A stretch of 64,000 bases of DNA from NCBI GenBank assembly GCA_951406725.2, contig OX597825.1:23374001-23438000 (forward strand), written 5' to 3'. Positions 51,148-64,000 of the stretch are shown one piece after another (positions within the stretch are counted from its first letter, which is position 1; every line of letters starts with the position of its first letter). Both the position numbers and the translations under genes were made by a program. A model generated the notes under the pieces. That model was not told the DNA's origin. It searched no databases and was given only the letters and a program-made list of their open reading frames with translations. The DNA comes from Octopus vulgaris (Eukaryota).

Positions 51148-52777
51148 TTTTTTTTTTTGAGTTTGTATTGAATTTAAATATTTGGTACTGCATTTACCTT
51201 CATACACCTCACTATTTTTATTTATTTATTTTTTTTTTATCTACTTTCAGCTCATGAGCTGTGGCCATGCTGGGGCACCGCCATTCGTATAATTTTTGTA
51301 TAATTTAGTATAATTTTTGTGTTTCTTTATTGACATGTGAACATAGCTGTCACAGGAACATGTTAATATGGGTTGAATAGATCTATGCAATAATTATTCT
51401 ATTTTTCTCATTAATTCTTCATGACTCCTAATACATTCTAGCTACATTAATTTACAACACTCTTTGAACAAATGAATATGCCTGTCTTCATGGCTGTGGG
51501 TTGGGTACCTCAAATACTACTACCCATGACCACCGCTCCTCACCATACACAGCAGTTTCTTGATGTGTGACTGTACAATGTGCCAGGGTCCTTCCCACCT
51601 ACTCTTTGATGTCATTCTCCATCTTTGCCGTTGTAACCCTCAAGCCCATTTTCCATCTTCAGTCTTGTGGCTGAAACAAGCAAAATACCAAAATTAAAGA
51701 TATTCATAGTTACATTGAACACATTACCTGCCTACTGTTGTTACCATAACTTGAATCATCTGAGGCCAAACTACTTTTAGAAAATAAACAAATCAAAGAT
51801 GAAGTTATTTTTATTTTACATTTAAAGATTTCAAAATAACTATCTTTGAGAATATTATACTATTCTGAAATTCATAATTTATCCTAAAGTTATACAGTTT
51901 TGCAAATAAAAATATTTTTGAAAATTTCGAGTTCCAGCAGAGAATATTTTTGCCTTTTAAAAGATGAAAAGATATTTTTAGATAAAACATTGGAAAATAA
52001 GTAAAACTTTGATATGATAAATTTTCAAACATTTTTGTCTGATATTTAATTTTCAAATGTGAATTTGGTGGTTGTTAAAATTTATGTTTATATGAATTCT
52101 TAAAGTGAGATATGCCTAAGTACCAGATATATCATTGTCTACTTGCTTTATTTAAGCCCTTCACTGTCTGTGTAGCATAAGCCATTGTTAACTTTTCTTC
52201 ATTTTTCTCAATTCTGGTCTGTCTTTTATGCATCTCCCCAGTTGGAGCACCTTTTTTTTTTCTTTTACAGTCCTGCCTCAGTATTGCACTTCATATGTTT
52301 CCATGATGGAAGGCTTCCTTCTCCCAGGCCTTCTTGGTTTTGGAATTGTTATCAATGCTCCAGCATTTTTCTAGGTTTTTCTAGGTTGTCGCGTCAACTC
52401 TACTCAAACCCATTTTTACCCTTGGGTAGATGTGTTCCATATTAGTCTGGCCTTTCTTCTTTGATCTGTCTAGACTAGGAGGCCCTGCCAACATAATCTC
52501 AGGAACAGGGAGTACAGGGGGTGCAAGCACACCCCTTAAAATTTTGTGGGGACAATGAAAACACTTTGAACATCCTCCTGAAAAATCTTCACTGCCAAAA
52601 TAAACAAGTGTTGAAATGTTTTTGGGCTGACTTGAAACATTACTTTTCCATTATTAGATTTATCTGATTTGATTGATGTACAAATATAATAATATTGAAC
52701 CCAGTAACACCCACCCCTAGTGGTTAGCCATATTGAGATGGCTAGTATACTTTACATATAATAATATTATTATTAGT

Positions 52778-54435
52778 AATGTTTGACTTTTGCTTTGTAT
52801 TTGTACAAGTTGACTCCAAGTCTCACCCAGAGACCTCAAGACACAACAAGTTAGAAGTGTTATACCTAGGGTGTCTTATATTTGGTTTTGTTTAAGAATA
52901 CATAAGAAAATTATGAGTTTGTTTTAAAATTTGAGATTACATAGACAATATTTTATGTAGGATATGGGCAGTTCCCATGAACATTATCTTTTGAATTTCT
53001 GCCATTTTGGGGTTTCCTTGTATCTGAGCTAGGTAGGAATCAGCCCCTTTTGCTATCATTCCTAGAGCACCTTTGACAGCAGGTATTGTTTTAGTCTTCA
53101 GGTTCCACATTTTGCCAATTTCTATTTCAAGATCTTTATATTTGCTCAGTTTTTGGTAGGTCTTGACAGATACATTTATGTCGATTGAGACAGTCATATC
53201 AATGAGGAGGTACAATTTTTGTCCGAAGTCTTTCATTATAATGTCTGGCCTATTTGCATCTATCTTTCTGTCAGTTTGAATGGTGAAGTTCCAGAGGAGT
53301 AGGATGTGATCATTTTCAAGCACTGAAGATGGCTTGTGGTCCCACCAGTTTTTATTATTGGGCAGATTCAGGTTTTTGCAAATTACCCAGTGAATATAAT
53401 GTGCTGCTCTATCATGCCTGTTGAGATACTATGGAAGGCACAAGAAGACTGCACATGGAGACATCATGATCAATGGTTTCAGTTTGTTGTTTACATACAC
53501 GACATGTTGAGCTATGGCCATTCATTAATATGTTGGCCTGGTAGTTCCTTGTAGGTAGGCATTGATCTTGGGCTGCTACGATAAACCCTTCTCTTTCTGA
53601 TTTTAAGCCAGAAGAAACTAACCATTGATGGGTAAGCGCTTTGTCAACATTGACACTATTATCTCTCTCTGAGTATTTGCCATTGAGAAGTTTTTCTTCT
53701 TATTTATCAGTTAGAATATCTAAGGCAGCAGTTTTAGTACGGGTTTTCATGTGCTTAGCTTTTTCTGTGCTTGTTTCCAGTATGTCTAATCCTGGAATTT
53801 ATTGCATTTAGAATTCACTTAGATATTCCTTTGCCTGTTTTATGTTATTTAGTATGATGCTTTCTTGTTTTCATGCTTTAAGACAAGTCTTAACATCTAG
53901 TCATCAAAGTTTTTCACGTAGGTGTTTAGACCAGTTGTGGCAATCTCCATTCTTAATTCCAGTTCTAAAAGTCCATGGCCACCCTCTTTTCTTGGTAGGT
54001 AAACTCGTTCTATATCTGCCTTAGGGTGGTGCATTCTATGTATTGTCAACAATTTTCGTATTTTCCTGTCAAGATTACATATCTCAATAATTGACCTGTT
54101 AATGATATTGAAACTGTAAGTCATGACCAGTATGGCTAAAGTATTGATTGCTTTGATCCTGCTTCTTGCATTCAGCTCTGTCTTGAGTATTGCCCTTACC
54201 CTGCAATAACATTCTCTTCTGATCTTTTCCCTCATTATTGAGTATTTGATTCCATCACCTTTAAATAACCTTGGGTATTTGTAGCTCTCCGCTAGTTCTA
54301 ACTCCTTTATGACATTCTGCTGGTCAAGATTAACATTGGATGTTTCTGTCATTTTTCCATTGATAAAAGTAGTTTTTGCACATTTATCAAGGCCAAATTG
54401 CCAAACTGTTAATATCATTATTGAAGGCTTTTGGT
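52778..54435 (-). mobile_element. Dong/R4-clade LINE 3' part (RT C-terminus, zinc knuckle, RLE), decayed
   Basis: QFGLDKCAK...YKY...LKTELNARSRIKAINTLAI...RVYLPRKEGGHGL and ANRPDII...KLSKYKDLEIEI...GALG. 3' end in (AAT)n. Confidence 0.92.
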
Positions 54436-54961
54436 TGGTGTTCGGTTAGTGTTTACAGAGAGAGAAAGAGAAAGAGGTGCAGAAGGAGGGAAGATAATTT
54501 GTGGGTGTGCACATATGTATCTATGTCTCAGATATTTCTCCACCTAGATATGATGTGACCAGGTCACTAACAAGGATCTGATTCAAAATGTTTTGGTAGA
54601 ATATATTTGTCACCATTACTATTATTATTATGTGCTAAAATAACTTTGATTTTTCCGTAAATCTGTGTTATTAGAGATGATATTATTCAATATTTAATGA
54701 TAGAGCGTGTAGGCTAAGCTGATTACTATTTTTCAGTTAAGTTGATGTCCTTTAGTGTGCGACATTAATCAGCTGAACTCTGATGGTTATTAATCAAGTG
54801 TGTTTGCTCTGCCAACTCCATGCTTTAATCTTATAAAAGCTAAACAAGTGACTCACTCTGAACAGTTTGTTTGCCAAATTTCCTGAACAGAAAACTGTAG
54901 TTGACTGCTTTAAAAAATGATTATCGCAAATTGTGATTCCTGTATGTTACAGATGAGATGT

Positions 54962-55165
54962 CAAAGCACATGGCTTAGTGGTTAGGGTATTCAGCTAATG
55001 ATTATAAGGTCACGAGTTCAGTCTCTGGTGACGTGTTCTGTCCTTGAGCAAGATGCTTTATTTCATGTTGTTCCAGTCCACTGAATTGGCAAAAATGTGT
55101 AGTACCTGTATTTCAAAGGGCCTGCTTGTCATGTTCTGTGTCATGCTGAATCCTCCTGAGAAGTT
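54962..55165 (+). mobile_element. tRNA-derived SINE, family E
   Basis: catggcttagtggttagggt...gagttcagtctc...gtccttgagcaag. Related minus copy at ~2620-2745. Confidence 0.65.
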
Positions 55166-55719
55166 ACCATATTTTTGTTGAGATGCTCTGTTTCTTTCAA
55201 TTGATTTTAAATATAACAAAGAATTTAGTAAAATAACTTAGTTATCATTAAGCTAGTGTTAGGAACATAAATTACGACTAAGGTTTGGTGGAAGACTTTA
55301 ATTCAGAACTTTTGAAAACAGGACATTTGTACTACAGAGCCCGATGCAGTTTCAGGTGGGTTGGTACCAATACAGTTAAGGGTACGCATATGTGTGGATT
55401 GCTCAGCCATTTACACATTCATTTCAGAAGTGGGCTGTTCCATTGATTAGATCAACTTGAATCCTCATCATAACTGACAGAGTGTGCCAGTAAAATATAT
55501 AACATGGTCAGATCTAGAAATTCTGCTTAAACAGTTTTTTTTTTATCTGTAACCTCCATAATGGTGTCCTGCTGAAAAGAAATCTGACCTTGGATACTGC
55601 AAATCAGCAACAGTATTATAGCAATCAAAATATAAAGGCTAATAATTAATTTGTGTAGATAAATGTGCTTCCATAAACTCTGTCTGATGAATAGAAGTAT
55701 GGGAAATTGGATGTTAAAA

Positions 55720-55992
55720 TGGTGGTGACGAGTAGGAGGATGAGGATGATGAGGAGGAGGAGGCGGAAGAGAATGACCATGATGATGATGATGATGATGA
55801 TGAGGAGGAGGAGGAGGAGGAGGAAGAGAACGACCATGATGATAATGGTAATGATGATGATGAGGCAGAGGAAGAGAATGACCATGATGATGATGGTGAT
55901 GATGATGAGGAAGGGGTGACCATGATGATGATAGTGATGATGATGATGAGGAGGAGGAGGAGAAGGATCATGATGATGATGATTATGATGAC
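55720..55992. repeat. (GAT/GAG)n compound trinucleotide repeat just upstream of exon C
   Basis: Direct inspection. Confidence 0.9.
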
Positions 55993-56038
55993 GGTCTGCC
56001 TGTGTAATTTGATAGGATGTCTTTTTTCTCTCATCTAG

Positions 56039-56217
56039 GAAAGAAAGATACAAACTGCTTGAACATTACCAGTCTGTTTGGGAAGATTTTGAAAAGAAAT
56101 ACAAAAGCCTAAAACCAGCTCAGATACTGGAAAAAGAGATGAAGAACCTAACTCTGGCTGAAAAATTTCTCTCTAATATACAGGATGAGAAACAACATGT
56201 AACAAAGAATATGAAAG
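56039..56217 (+). CDS. SIX6OS1: Internal coding exon C (179 nt, phase 2 to 1) of SIX6OS1-like gene
   Basis: Acceptor cttttttctctcatctag|, donor AAG|gtaaga. Frame (M)KERYKLLEHYQSVWEDFEKKYKSLKPAQILEKEMKNLTLAEKFLSNIQDEKQHVTKNMK. Phase is compatible with exon B. Y..V......KY matches recalled human YKEVLKQYQLKY. Confidence 0.75.
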
Positions 56218-56333
56218 GTAAGACCAATTTATAAATGTCTTTTGACAATTTCTGGCCAAATAATTTCTTTTGTTTCATGAAACTGGTTAAGGACTTCACA
56301 AAGATGAGCAGGGCTGAGACTTCACAAAGATGA

Positions 56334-56721
56334 GCAGGAGTGGCTGTGTGGTAAGTAGCTTGCTAACCAACCACATGGTTCTGGGTTCAGTCCCACTGCG
56401 TGGCACCTTGGGCAAGTGTCTTCTACTATAGCCTCGGGCCGACCAAAGCCTTGTGAGTGGATTTGGTAGACGGAAAACTGAAAGAAACCCGTCGTGTATA
56501 TGTATATATATATATGCGTTTGTGTGTCTGTGTTTGTCCCCCTAGCATTGCTTGACAACCGATGCTGGTGTGTTTATGTCCCTGTTGCTTAGCGGTTCGG
56601 CAAAAGAGTCCGATAGAATAAGTACTGGGCTTACAAAAGAATAAGTCCCGGGGTTGAGTTGCTCGATTAAAGGCGGTGCTCCAGCATGGCCGCAGTCAAA
56701 TGACTGAAACAAGTAAAAGAG
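56334..56721 (+). mobile_element. Family A SINE with a 33-bp target-site duplication
   Basis: taaggacttcacaaagatgagcagggctgagac at 56288-56320 and 56722-56754. Confidence 0.92.
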
Positions 56722-57026
56722 TAAGGACTTCACAAAGATGAGCAGGGCTGAGACATAATGGTAAATTCCAGGTGAACTGAGTCAATCACTAAGTGTCAGT
56801 TTTCATTTATATCTCTTTAGAAGAATCTTATCTCTTTTGTAATTCTGAGGTTGCATGCTTCTTTATTTACACAAGAAGCATTATTCAATAAATACTACCT
56901 CTGAAAAGGTTCTACTGAAACCGATTTTCCGGATAATGGCATATAAAGGATTTTAATGAGCATTATTCTATTTCTTCTCTATGTCTTTCGTTCCATCTTT
57001 GATTTCAAAGGAAAATAAACTGTTCC

Positions 57027-57500
57027 ATGTGTGTATGTGGTTTTGTGTGTGTGTGTGTGTATTTGCATGCATGTGTGTATGTGGTTTTGTGTGTGTGTGT
57101 GTGTGCACGTGCATATATGTGTGTGTTTGTGCTTGCATGTGTGTTTGTGTGTGTGTGCTTTTGTGTGAATGTTTGTGTGTGCATGCATGTGTGTCTGTGT
57201 GTGCACATGCATATATGTGTGTGTGTTTGTGCTTGCATGTGTGTGTGTGTGTGTGCGTGCATGCATGTGTGTGTATTTGTATGCATGTGTGTTTGTGTGT
57301 GTGTGTGCTTGTGTGAATGTTTGTGTGTGCATGCATGTGTGTGTGTGCACGTGCATATATGTGTGTTTGTGCTTGCATGTGTGTGTGCATGTGTGTGAAT
57401 TTGCATGCATGTGTTTGTGTGTGTGTGTGTGCATGTGCATATATGTGTGTGTTTGTGCTTGCATGTGTGTGTGTGTATGTGTGTGCGTGTGTGTGTGTAT
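57027..57500. repeat. (TG)n/(TGCA) compound microsatellite with higher-order duplication
   Basis: Direct inspection. Confidence 0.9.
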
Positions 57501-58860
57501 CATTAGGTTCTGATTGCTTTCTCTCTTCAAACACAAAGCTGAAGATTGTTAAGGTGGAGGTGAAAATAAGAATGGTAATTGTGTACAATCTATAGGTGTG
57601 CTTTTGTGCAGCAAGCACCTAAATGAGAGGGTCTCTCAGGGTAGTATTCAGTGTTCGAACAAGGCATCCATGTTAAGTTGGATCTAAAGATTATCTTTAA
57701 GAACTGTAATGTTTGTGTTTTCACACAATTGTAGTGGCAGGCTAGGGGAAATACCTACAATATGATATCAGAGCTGTGGCAGCAACCTGGCAGAATTGGT
57801 CCCATGCCAAGCAAAATGCTGAGCAGCATTTCGTTTGTTTTTATGTTCTGAGTTCAAATTCCACTGAGGTCAATTTTACCTTTCATCTTTTTGGGGGTCA
57901 ACAACAGTAAATGTCTTAAAGTTGGTCAAACCCAGGCCAGCTCTGATTAATTTAACCTATGACCAAAACGAATCAGTCATGATGACCATCCAGTCTTTTG
58001 CTTGGGCAGTGTTTATGTCAGTATCAGCATTGGTGTCGATGTAATAGACTAGCCCCTTTCGCCCTAAAATTGCTGGCCTTGTATCAAAAATTTAAACCAG
58101 TATTATATCAGAGCTAGATTGTTTTATTCTTTTTTTTTTAAATTTTGTTAACGTTTCAGTCATTTGACTGCAGCCATGCTGGAGCACTGCCTTTAGTCAA
58201 AGAAATCAACTGGTTGTGAGTTGTATTCTTGAGCAAAACGCTGTATTTCATGTTGCTCTAGTTCACTCAGCTGTGGAAATGAGTTGCAAGGTCACTGGTG
58301 CCAAACTGTATTGGTCTTTGCCTTTCCCTTGGATAACACTGGTGTCGTACTTTATTTATCAACCCAGGAAAGGTCGAAAGTAAAGTTGAAATTTAGTAAG
58401 ACATGAACTCAGAATATAAAAGAGTCAGCACAAATACCACAAAGCACTTTTCTTGCCAATTAAATGACACTGGCAGGAACCCCTATTTGGTCACTTGACA
58501 TGCAAGAAAGAACAACCAAATCTTCACAATGGAAAAATGGAAGGCCACATTGAATAGCACAGCTATATATACACTGTACCTAAAAGAAAAAAGATGGTAT
58601 GGTCACAACTTGAATGCTTTTAGGAAAGCGGTTTTTAAAATAAATTACGATCTTATCTATAGTTTTGGTGTTGTCACAATGTTAGGAAACCTCATAATTA
58701 GTATAATTGCATTGCCAATTTGGATTTTTTTCTTTCACTTATCTGCTATTGTCCCCTGTTTCTTATGACCTTCTTTTAACGGCAGTTAGGCTTTCCAATA
58801 TTATTTGTATATAAACATTTGAAGAAAACATTGCAAACGAGAAAAGTCAACCCCTGTATA

Positions 58861-59347
58861 CCGTAAATCCTCGAGTATAGTCCACCCTTGAGTATAATAC
58901 GCAGGGGATTTTTAGAGGGCTGCACCTCTGAAAAACCTAAACCTTGTGTATAATACGCACCCCTTCTCTAACTTAAATCAAGGAGGTCTATATAATATCC
59001 TTGGTTTGTAAAAAAGTATACGGTAACGTCCTTTATTATTATTGTATATATAACATAATGCAAACGTGTAGCTTTTTGTGCATTTTGTTTGCAGAAAATA
59101 AAGAAATAACAGTAATAACGTTTAATAAATGTTCCTTATTGCAAGTTATGGATGATTCTTTTATGACTTCATTGCTGTCAGGCTTAGCTTAAGGATGCAT
59201 CTGAATAAACATTGCCGGACAGCAAATAGAAACTCGGACATTGCTTCGAAAATAATTTTCATTTTTAACCTCGCATATAGTATGCACTAGGGATATTGAC
59301 CTTTAAATTTTGGCAAAAAAATGTGGATTATACTCGAGGATTTACGG
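58861..59347. mobile_element. Tc1/mariner (pogo/Tigger-like) MITE, TA TSD
   Basis: TA|ccgtaaatcctcgagtatagtccac ... gtggattatactcgaggatttacgg|TA. Confidence 0.9.
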
Positions 59348-60701
59348 TATGTCTTACAGCTGAGCTCTGATTAATTTAACCTGATTTAACAGGTGAGCTC
59401 TGGTTAATTTAACCTATGGTCAAAGCAAATCATTGATGACCATCTTGTCTTTTGTTCAGGCAGTGTTCATCCAGAACAGTATCAGTCCTTTCCCTTTTAA
59501 AAAAAGTAGTTATTTGGTGGAGACTTGGCTACTCTCTTTAGGCAAGTTGAATGACAACATAATGACTCCCCTCATTGCATGACACTAATCAATTTTGTTG
59601 AATTTGTTTACAGTATACAAATGTTGAATACTGTGATATTAATTATAGATAAGTCTAGTGGTACTCATTTCATAAAGACTCATATCATGTAGAGGAGTGG
59701 AGATACTTCATTCTTTTTCATTAATAGTAATCACCCTGTTCTCATACTACAATCTATTACAACTTGCTGTTTTCAAATCTAGCCATATTGCTATTGCACA
59801 CACTACACTTTTCAAATCCAATTTCTGTGATAGAATGGCTATTGGTTCCTAATTTTGTTTTTACTGTTTCGCTTAGAAAGGATATTCTTTTAGACAAGTC
59901 CAAACTGTTCGGGACAGCTACAGCCTGATGACAAAACCAGGGGGCATATTCTAGTTGAATTGAGACTGATTGATTTTCTTTGGAAAACTTGGTCAAAATA
60001 TTTAAAATGTTAATATATTTGAGTGGGGAAAGTGCAAGCATAGCTGTGTTACAAGAAGCTTGCTTTACAACCACAGGCTCTTGTGTTCAGTCCCACTTCA
60101 TGCTATTATGTACAAGTGTCTTCTACTATAGCCTTCAGGCTGACCATAAGCCTTGTGAGTTGACTTGGTTGGTGAAAACTGAAAGAAGCCTGTTGTGTAC
60201 ATATGTATATGTATATGTATGTATGTGTGTGTGATCATGCATGTGTGTGTTACTGTCTGTTTGCCTTGGCATTATGTGATAGTTGTAAATGAATATCACC
60301 ATCATGCAAGCAGTGTCCTTTGTTTCTCATCTGCCATGAAAGCCTGTCTGATCATGGGAGAAATATTACCTTGGTTGGAAACAGATGAGGGTTGGTGATG
60401 GGAAGGACATCCAGCTGTAGAAAATTCTACCTCAGTACATTCCATCCAATCCATGCAAGCATGGAAAAGCAAACATTAAAAGCATGACAATGATGATCAT
60501 GATCTGAGGCTGTTAGTCATCAGTAGGCATTCTTTCCCTGGACCACGGAACAAGAAAAGTTAAAAACATTTGATTGAGTTCAAATTCAGTAGGTGTTTTG
60601 TGAAAAAATATTTTGGCAGTACACTTAATTCTAAAGCCTCAGTTCACCTAGCTTTCAGGAATAGGTGTCAGATCCCGTGAGACTGTTACCTGAACAAACA
60701 G

Positions 60702-61115
60702 GGGATCTTTTCGGTTTGAAAGGCAGTTTTTTTCTAGCGGTGTCATATGAAATTGTCACCCATAATTATGACCCTAGTATCGATCTATTGCATTTCAATC
60801 TGTTTTAGGGTTAGGGTTAGGGGTGGGGGAAAGGTATCTTTTTTACTTCATAAATGTAAATAAACCCAATCTGTTTCTTAAACGAGGGACATATTCGTAC
60901 GGTACAGAATGTTTTTTTTACCTCAATGGATGTCACTGATTGATTAAAATTGCAGAAACTGAAGAAAAAAAAAACAAAAAATATCTTACAAACTATAGAA
61001 TTTTCTCAATAAAGCCAAGAGAAAAAGATGTTTTATAAACACATTATACCAGTTTAAAATTTTTTAGTTACTTAGAAATTATGTTAAAAACTGCCGTTCA
61101 AACTGAAAAGATCCC
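60702..61115. mobile_element. MITE with GGG...CCC ~30-bp TIRs, 6-bp TSD and internal (TTAGGG)3 (hATx/hAT6-like)
   Basis: aaacag|gggatcttttcggtttgaaaggcagttttt ... aaaaactgccgttcaaactgaaaagatccc|aaacag. Confidence 0.85.
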
Positions 61116-62002
61116 AAACAGGTGTTCTGATTTGCATACAATTGATCCTTTATTCACTTAGCTACAACACAGCAGCTAAACACAGACCCTTAAAAACTGC
61201 TTATACTTAGTGATGTTTACTAATAAAACTCATAGTACTAGCTATTCAAAATTACTATTATTTGCGCATAGCTCTATTTTCTCCACTTTTACGCAAAACC
61301 TAATAGTTACTTGTTCATTGTCGGCTAATCTACATTTAATACAGAAATATATGATTTAGTGGTTAAGTGCACTGCTATGACAGCAAATAAGATACAATTT
61401 AGAAAATTATTATTCACAAGTTTAATGCAATTCATGTGTGTGTGTGTGTGTGTGTGTGTGTGAGATGATATGAATTTAGTTTTTAAAAGATGACCTGTCA
61501 TTTCTCTAAGAACTTTTAATGAAATGAAAAGTTTCTTCCCCCAACAAATAATTGATAGATGTCAATTGGTTTAAAATGTGACATGTGTATTTGAGATTAG
61601 GTGTCATAAGATATCAAGAACATGAGTTTATAATAAGGATAAATAATAGTGATATAAAATGAAATGATATAATAATTATATATATTAGTGATAGAGCAGT
61701 TGGTGGGCTACTGAATAGGCTGATATAAGTTTGGATAATTGTATAGTTATCATATGGTATCTCTGACCGAACATGTCACTCCACCAACTTCAACATATTT
61801 AGCAGTAATCTCTGAGTTTTTTACTTCTTTCTTTTGCGGTTGGAAACATTAAGGACTACCATCAGCTGTTAACTTAGTAGCTACAGCCAAATTTATCCCA
61901 CTCATGTTATATGTGGAAATAAATGGAACATAGTATGTGTGTATGCAAGTGCTTGTGTGTGACAAAGATAGAAAAAAAACTATTCAATACACTTACATAT
62001 AT

Positions 62003-62404
62003 GCGCAGGAGTGGCTGTGTGGTAAGTAGCTTGCTAACCAACCACATGGTTCCGGGTTCAGTCCCACTGCGTGGCATCTTGGGCAAGTGCCTTCTGCTAT
62101 AGCCTCGGGCCGACCAATGCCTTGTGAGTGGATTTGGTAGACGGAAACTGAAAGAAGCCTGTCGCATATATGTATATATTTATGTTTGTGTGTCTGTGTT
62201 TGTCCCCCTAGCATTGCTTGACAACCGATGCTGGTGTGTTTACGTCCCCGTCACTTAGCGGTTCGGCAAAAAGAGACCGATAGAATAAGTACTGGGCTTA
62301 CAAAAGAATAAGTCCCGGGGTCGATTTGCTCGACTAAAGGCGGTGCTCCAGCATGGCTGCAGTCAAATGACTGAAACAAGTACATAAAAAAAAAAAAAAA
62401 AAAA
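62003..62404 (+). mobile_element. Family A SINE, full length, followed by an A tract
   Basis: Family A head and tail. Confidence 0.9.
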
Positions 62405-62624
62405 TGTATTGTATAGGTTTTATCATAGTTATTCTAAGCTGAGTTTCACGTTTCTGATCTTCAGCTTATAATGAATGCATGTGTGTTTATTCCCACCACC
62501 CATCATCTCTCTAACTACAGTATTCTGCTTGTATTGATACTAAATGGGTGCAGAACCGCATTTTCTCTAGCATTACTGTAATACTTCTTATCCTTCTCAC
62601 TATCCAGAACCATTTCATTTCATA

Positions 62625-62835
62625 ACCATCCTTCATTCGGGTTGCTGATCCGTGGAATAAGCTGCCGGACGAGATAGTGAAGATGTCGATGACCGCTCGG
62701 TTCAAAGTCTCTCTTGACTAGAAATGGCCTGAACTCTTTGCATGAACACCCTCCCTGTACATAACTCCATATCCCCCTACATGGCCTTGCTTTTTGCTTT
62801 TTGAGCCAAAAAATTAACTTAACTTAACTTAACTT
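62625..62835 (+). mobile_element. CR1-group LINE 3' end
   Basis: FIRVADPWNKLPDEIV......FKVSLD followed by an (aactt)n tail. Confidence 0.75.
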
Positions 62836-64000
62836 CATTCTTAATACTGTCTGCCCACATTTTGCGTTTATCATTATCCCGTGCCAGCAAATAATCTATC
62901 CTTCTCTACTGCCATACATCTCTCAATCTCCTCATGCACTATATCTGTATTTGTACCCTATACTCTTGAAGCCTCCATAATTCTAAGATTGCCTATATTA
63001 CACTGAGTGACCCTGGTGGATCCTGTGAAATCCTGGGTCTGGCATTTCTGTAGATTTTTTTCAGATTGAGATGATTGTGCACATATGTTCTCTGATGCAA
63101 ACGTTCAATTTTTCTGGTGGTGCTTCCAATCTAGAATGCTCTGCATTTACTCCAGACTACCTCATATATCACACAAACCCTTGAGTACATTTTGAACTTC
63201 TCAGACGTGGGCCCCTGTGACTAACTTTACCCTCTACCTGGGCTCCTGAGTGAAATAATAAATAATTGCGTATACAGCTCAAGAGTAACAATTGCAGGTA
63301 AACTAATGGACTGAGTCACAAAACAATTCACAGGAGAATGACAAAAATAGCCTTTCTCTCAGCTACCATATTTATTAGGTAAATTAATGGACAGAATCAT
63401 ATAAAAAAATTCAGGAAAATAACGATAATAGGCTTTTCTCTCAGCCACCATATTTGTCAGGTACACTAATGGACATATTTATTCACCTGAATCACTACTT
63501 TCCTCATCACTTTCACCAATTTGATTGTCTGGATCACTCTCATTGCCAGCATAAGTGTAAATTCTTCATCGGAAGAATAAACATCAATAATTTCCTCAAC
63601 TGCAATGAGTCTAGGCCTTGCTTGTTTACAAGATGAAGTACTGGGTTCATTACATGCTCGTTTCATCACAGTGGGGTTTTTTTCTTCTTTTAATTAAAAA
63701 CCACAGTAAACAACAGCTATGGCGAGAATACCATTAAGTATGAGTCACAGACACACTTGACTACAAAGCTGTAAAGTGATCAGTTGTCTGTTTTAATATT
63801 TCATCTCTCTTTTTCTATGCGTGTTGTTCATTATCACTTCTGTGAGAATCCAGCAAAGATGGCATAAATGTTATTTCTGCTTTAGTGGGAACATGACATG
63901 GCAGGGTGAAGATGTTGGTGGGTAAATAAATAGTGTGCATCCCTCAATACTATTTATGGTATGATTTCTAGACAGAAATTTCATTAGGGATGGAGAAAGC

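Noticed and set aside
60805-60822. True telomere or chromosome-fusion scar
   Set aside because: Only three units, located inside a TIR-bounded element.
56218-64000. Further downstream SIX6OS1-like exons
   Set aside because: No phase-1 acceptor with an open, similar frame was found by eye; the gene probably continues beyond the window.

Overview
AT-rich, repeat-dense metazoan DNA. The SINE families, (CAT)n-tailed RTE-type elements, Dong/R4 LINEs in (TAA)n and abundant microsatellites look like octopus (coleoid cephalopod); this assignment is by recognition, not by search. Nearly all ORFs in the supplied track are microsatellite or SINE artefacts. Three + strand exons not shown in the track (26220-26346, 33259-33348, 56039-56217) have canonical splice sites and compatible phases. 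They join into a 396-nt coiled-coil reading frame that aligns without gaps to my recollection of residues ~37-129 of vertebrate SIX6OS1/C14orf39, a synaptonemal-complex central-element protein. Most of the window is therefore probably intron or upstream flank of a cephalopod SIX6OS1-like gene. It also contains several Penelope-like palindromic termini with minimal hammerhead ribozymes, a palindrome of two identical divergent tRNA-like (CAT) sequences, piggyBac/Tc1/mariner/hAT/Helitron remnants and LINE fragments. SINE and LINE coordinates are approximate.
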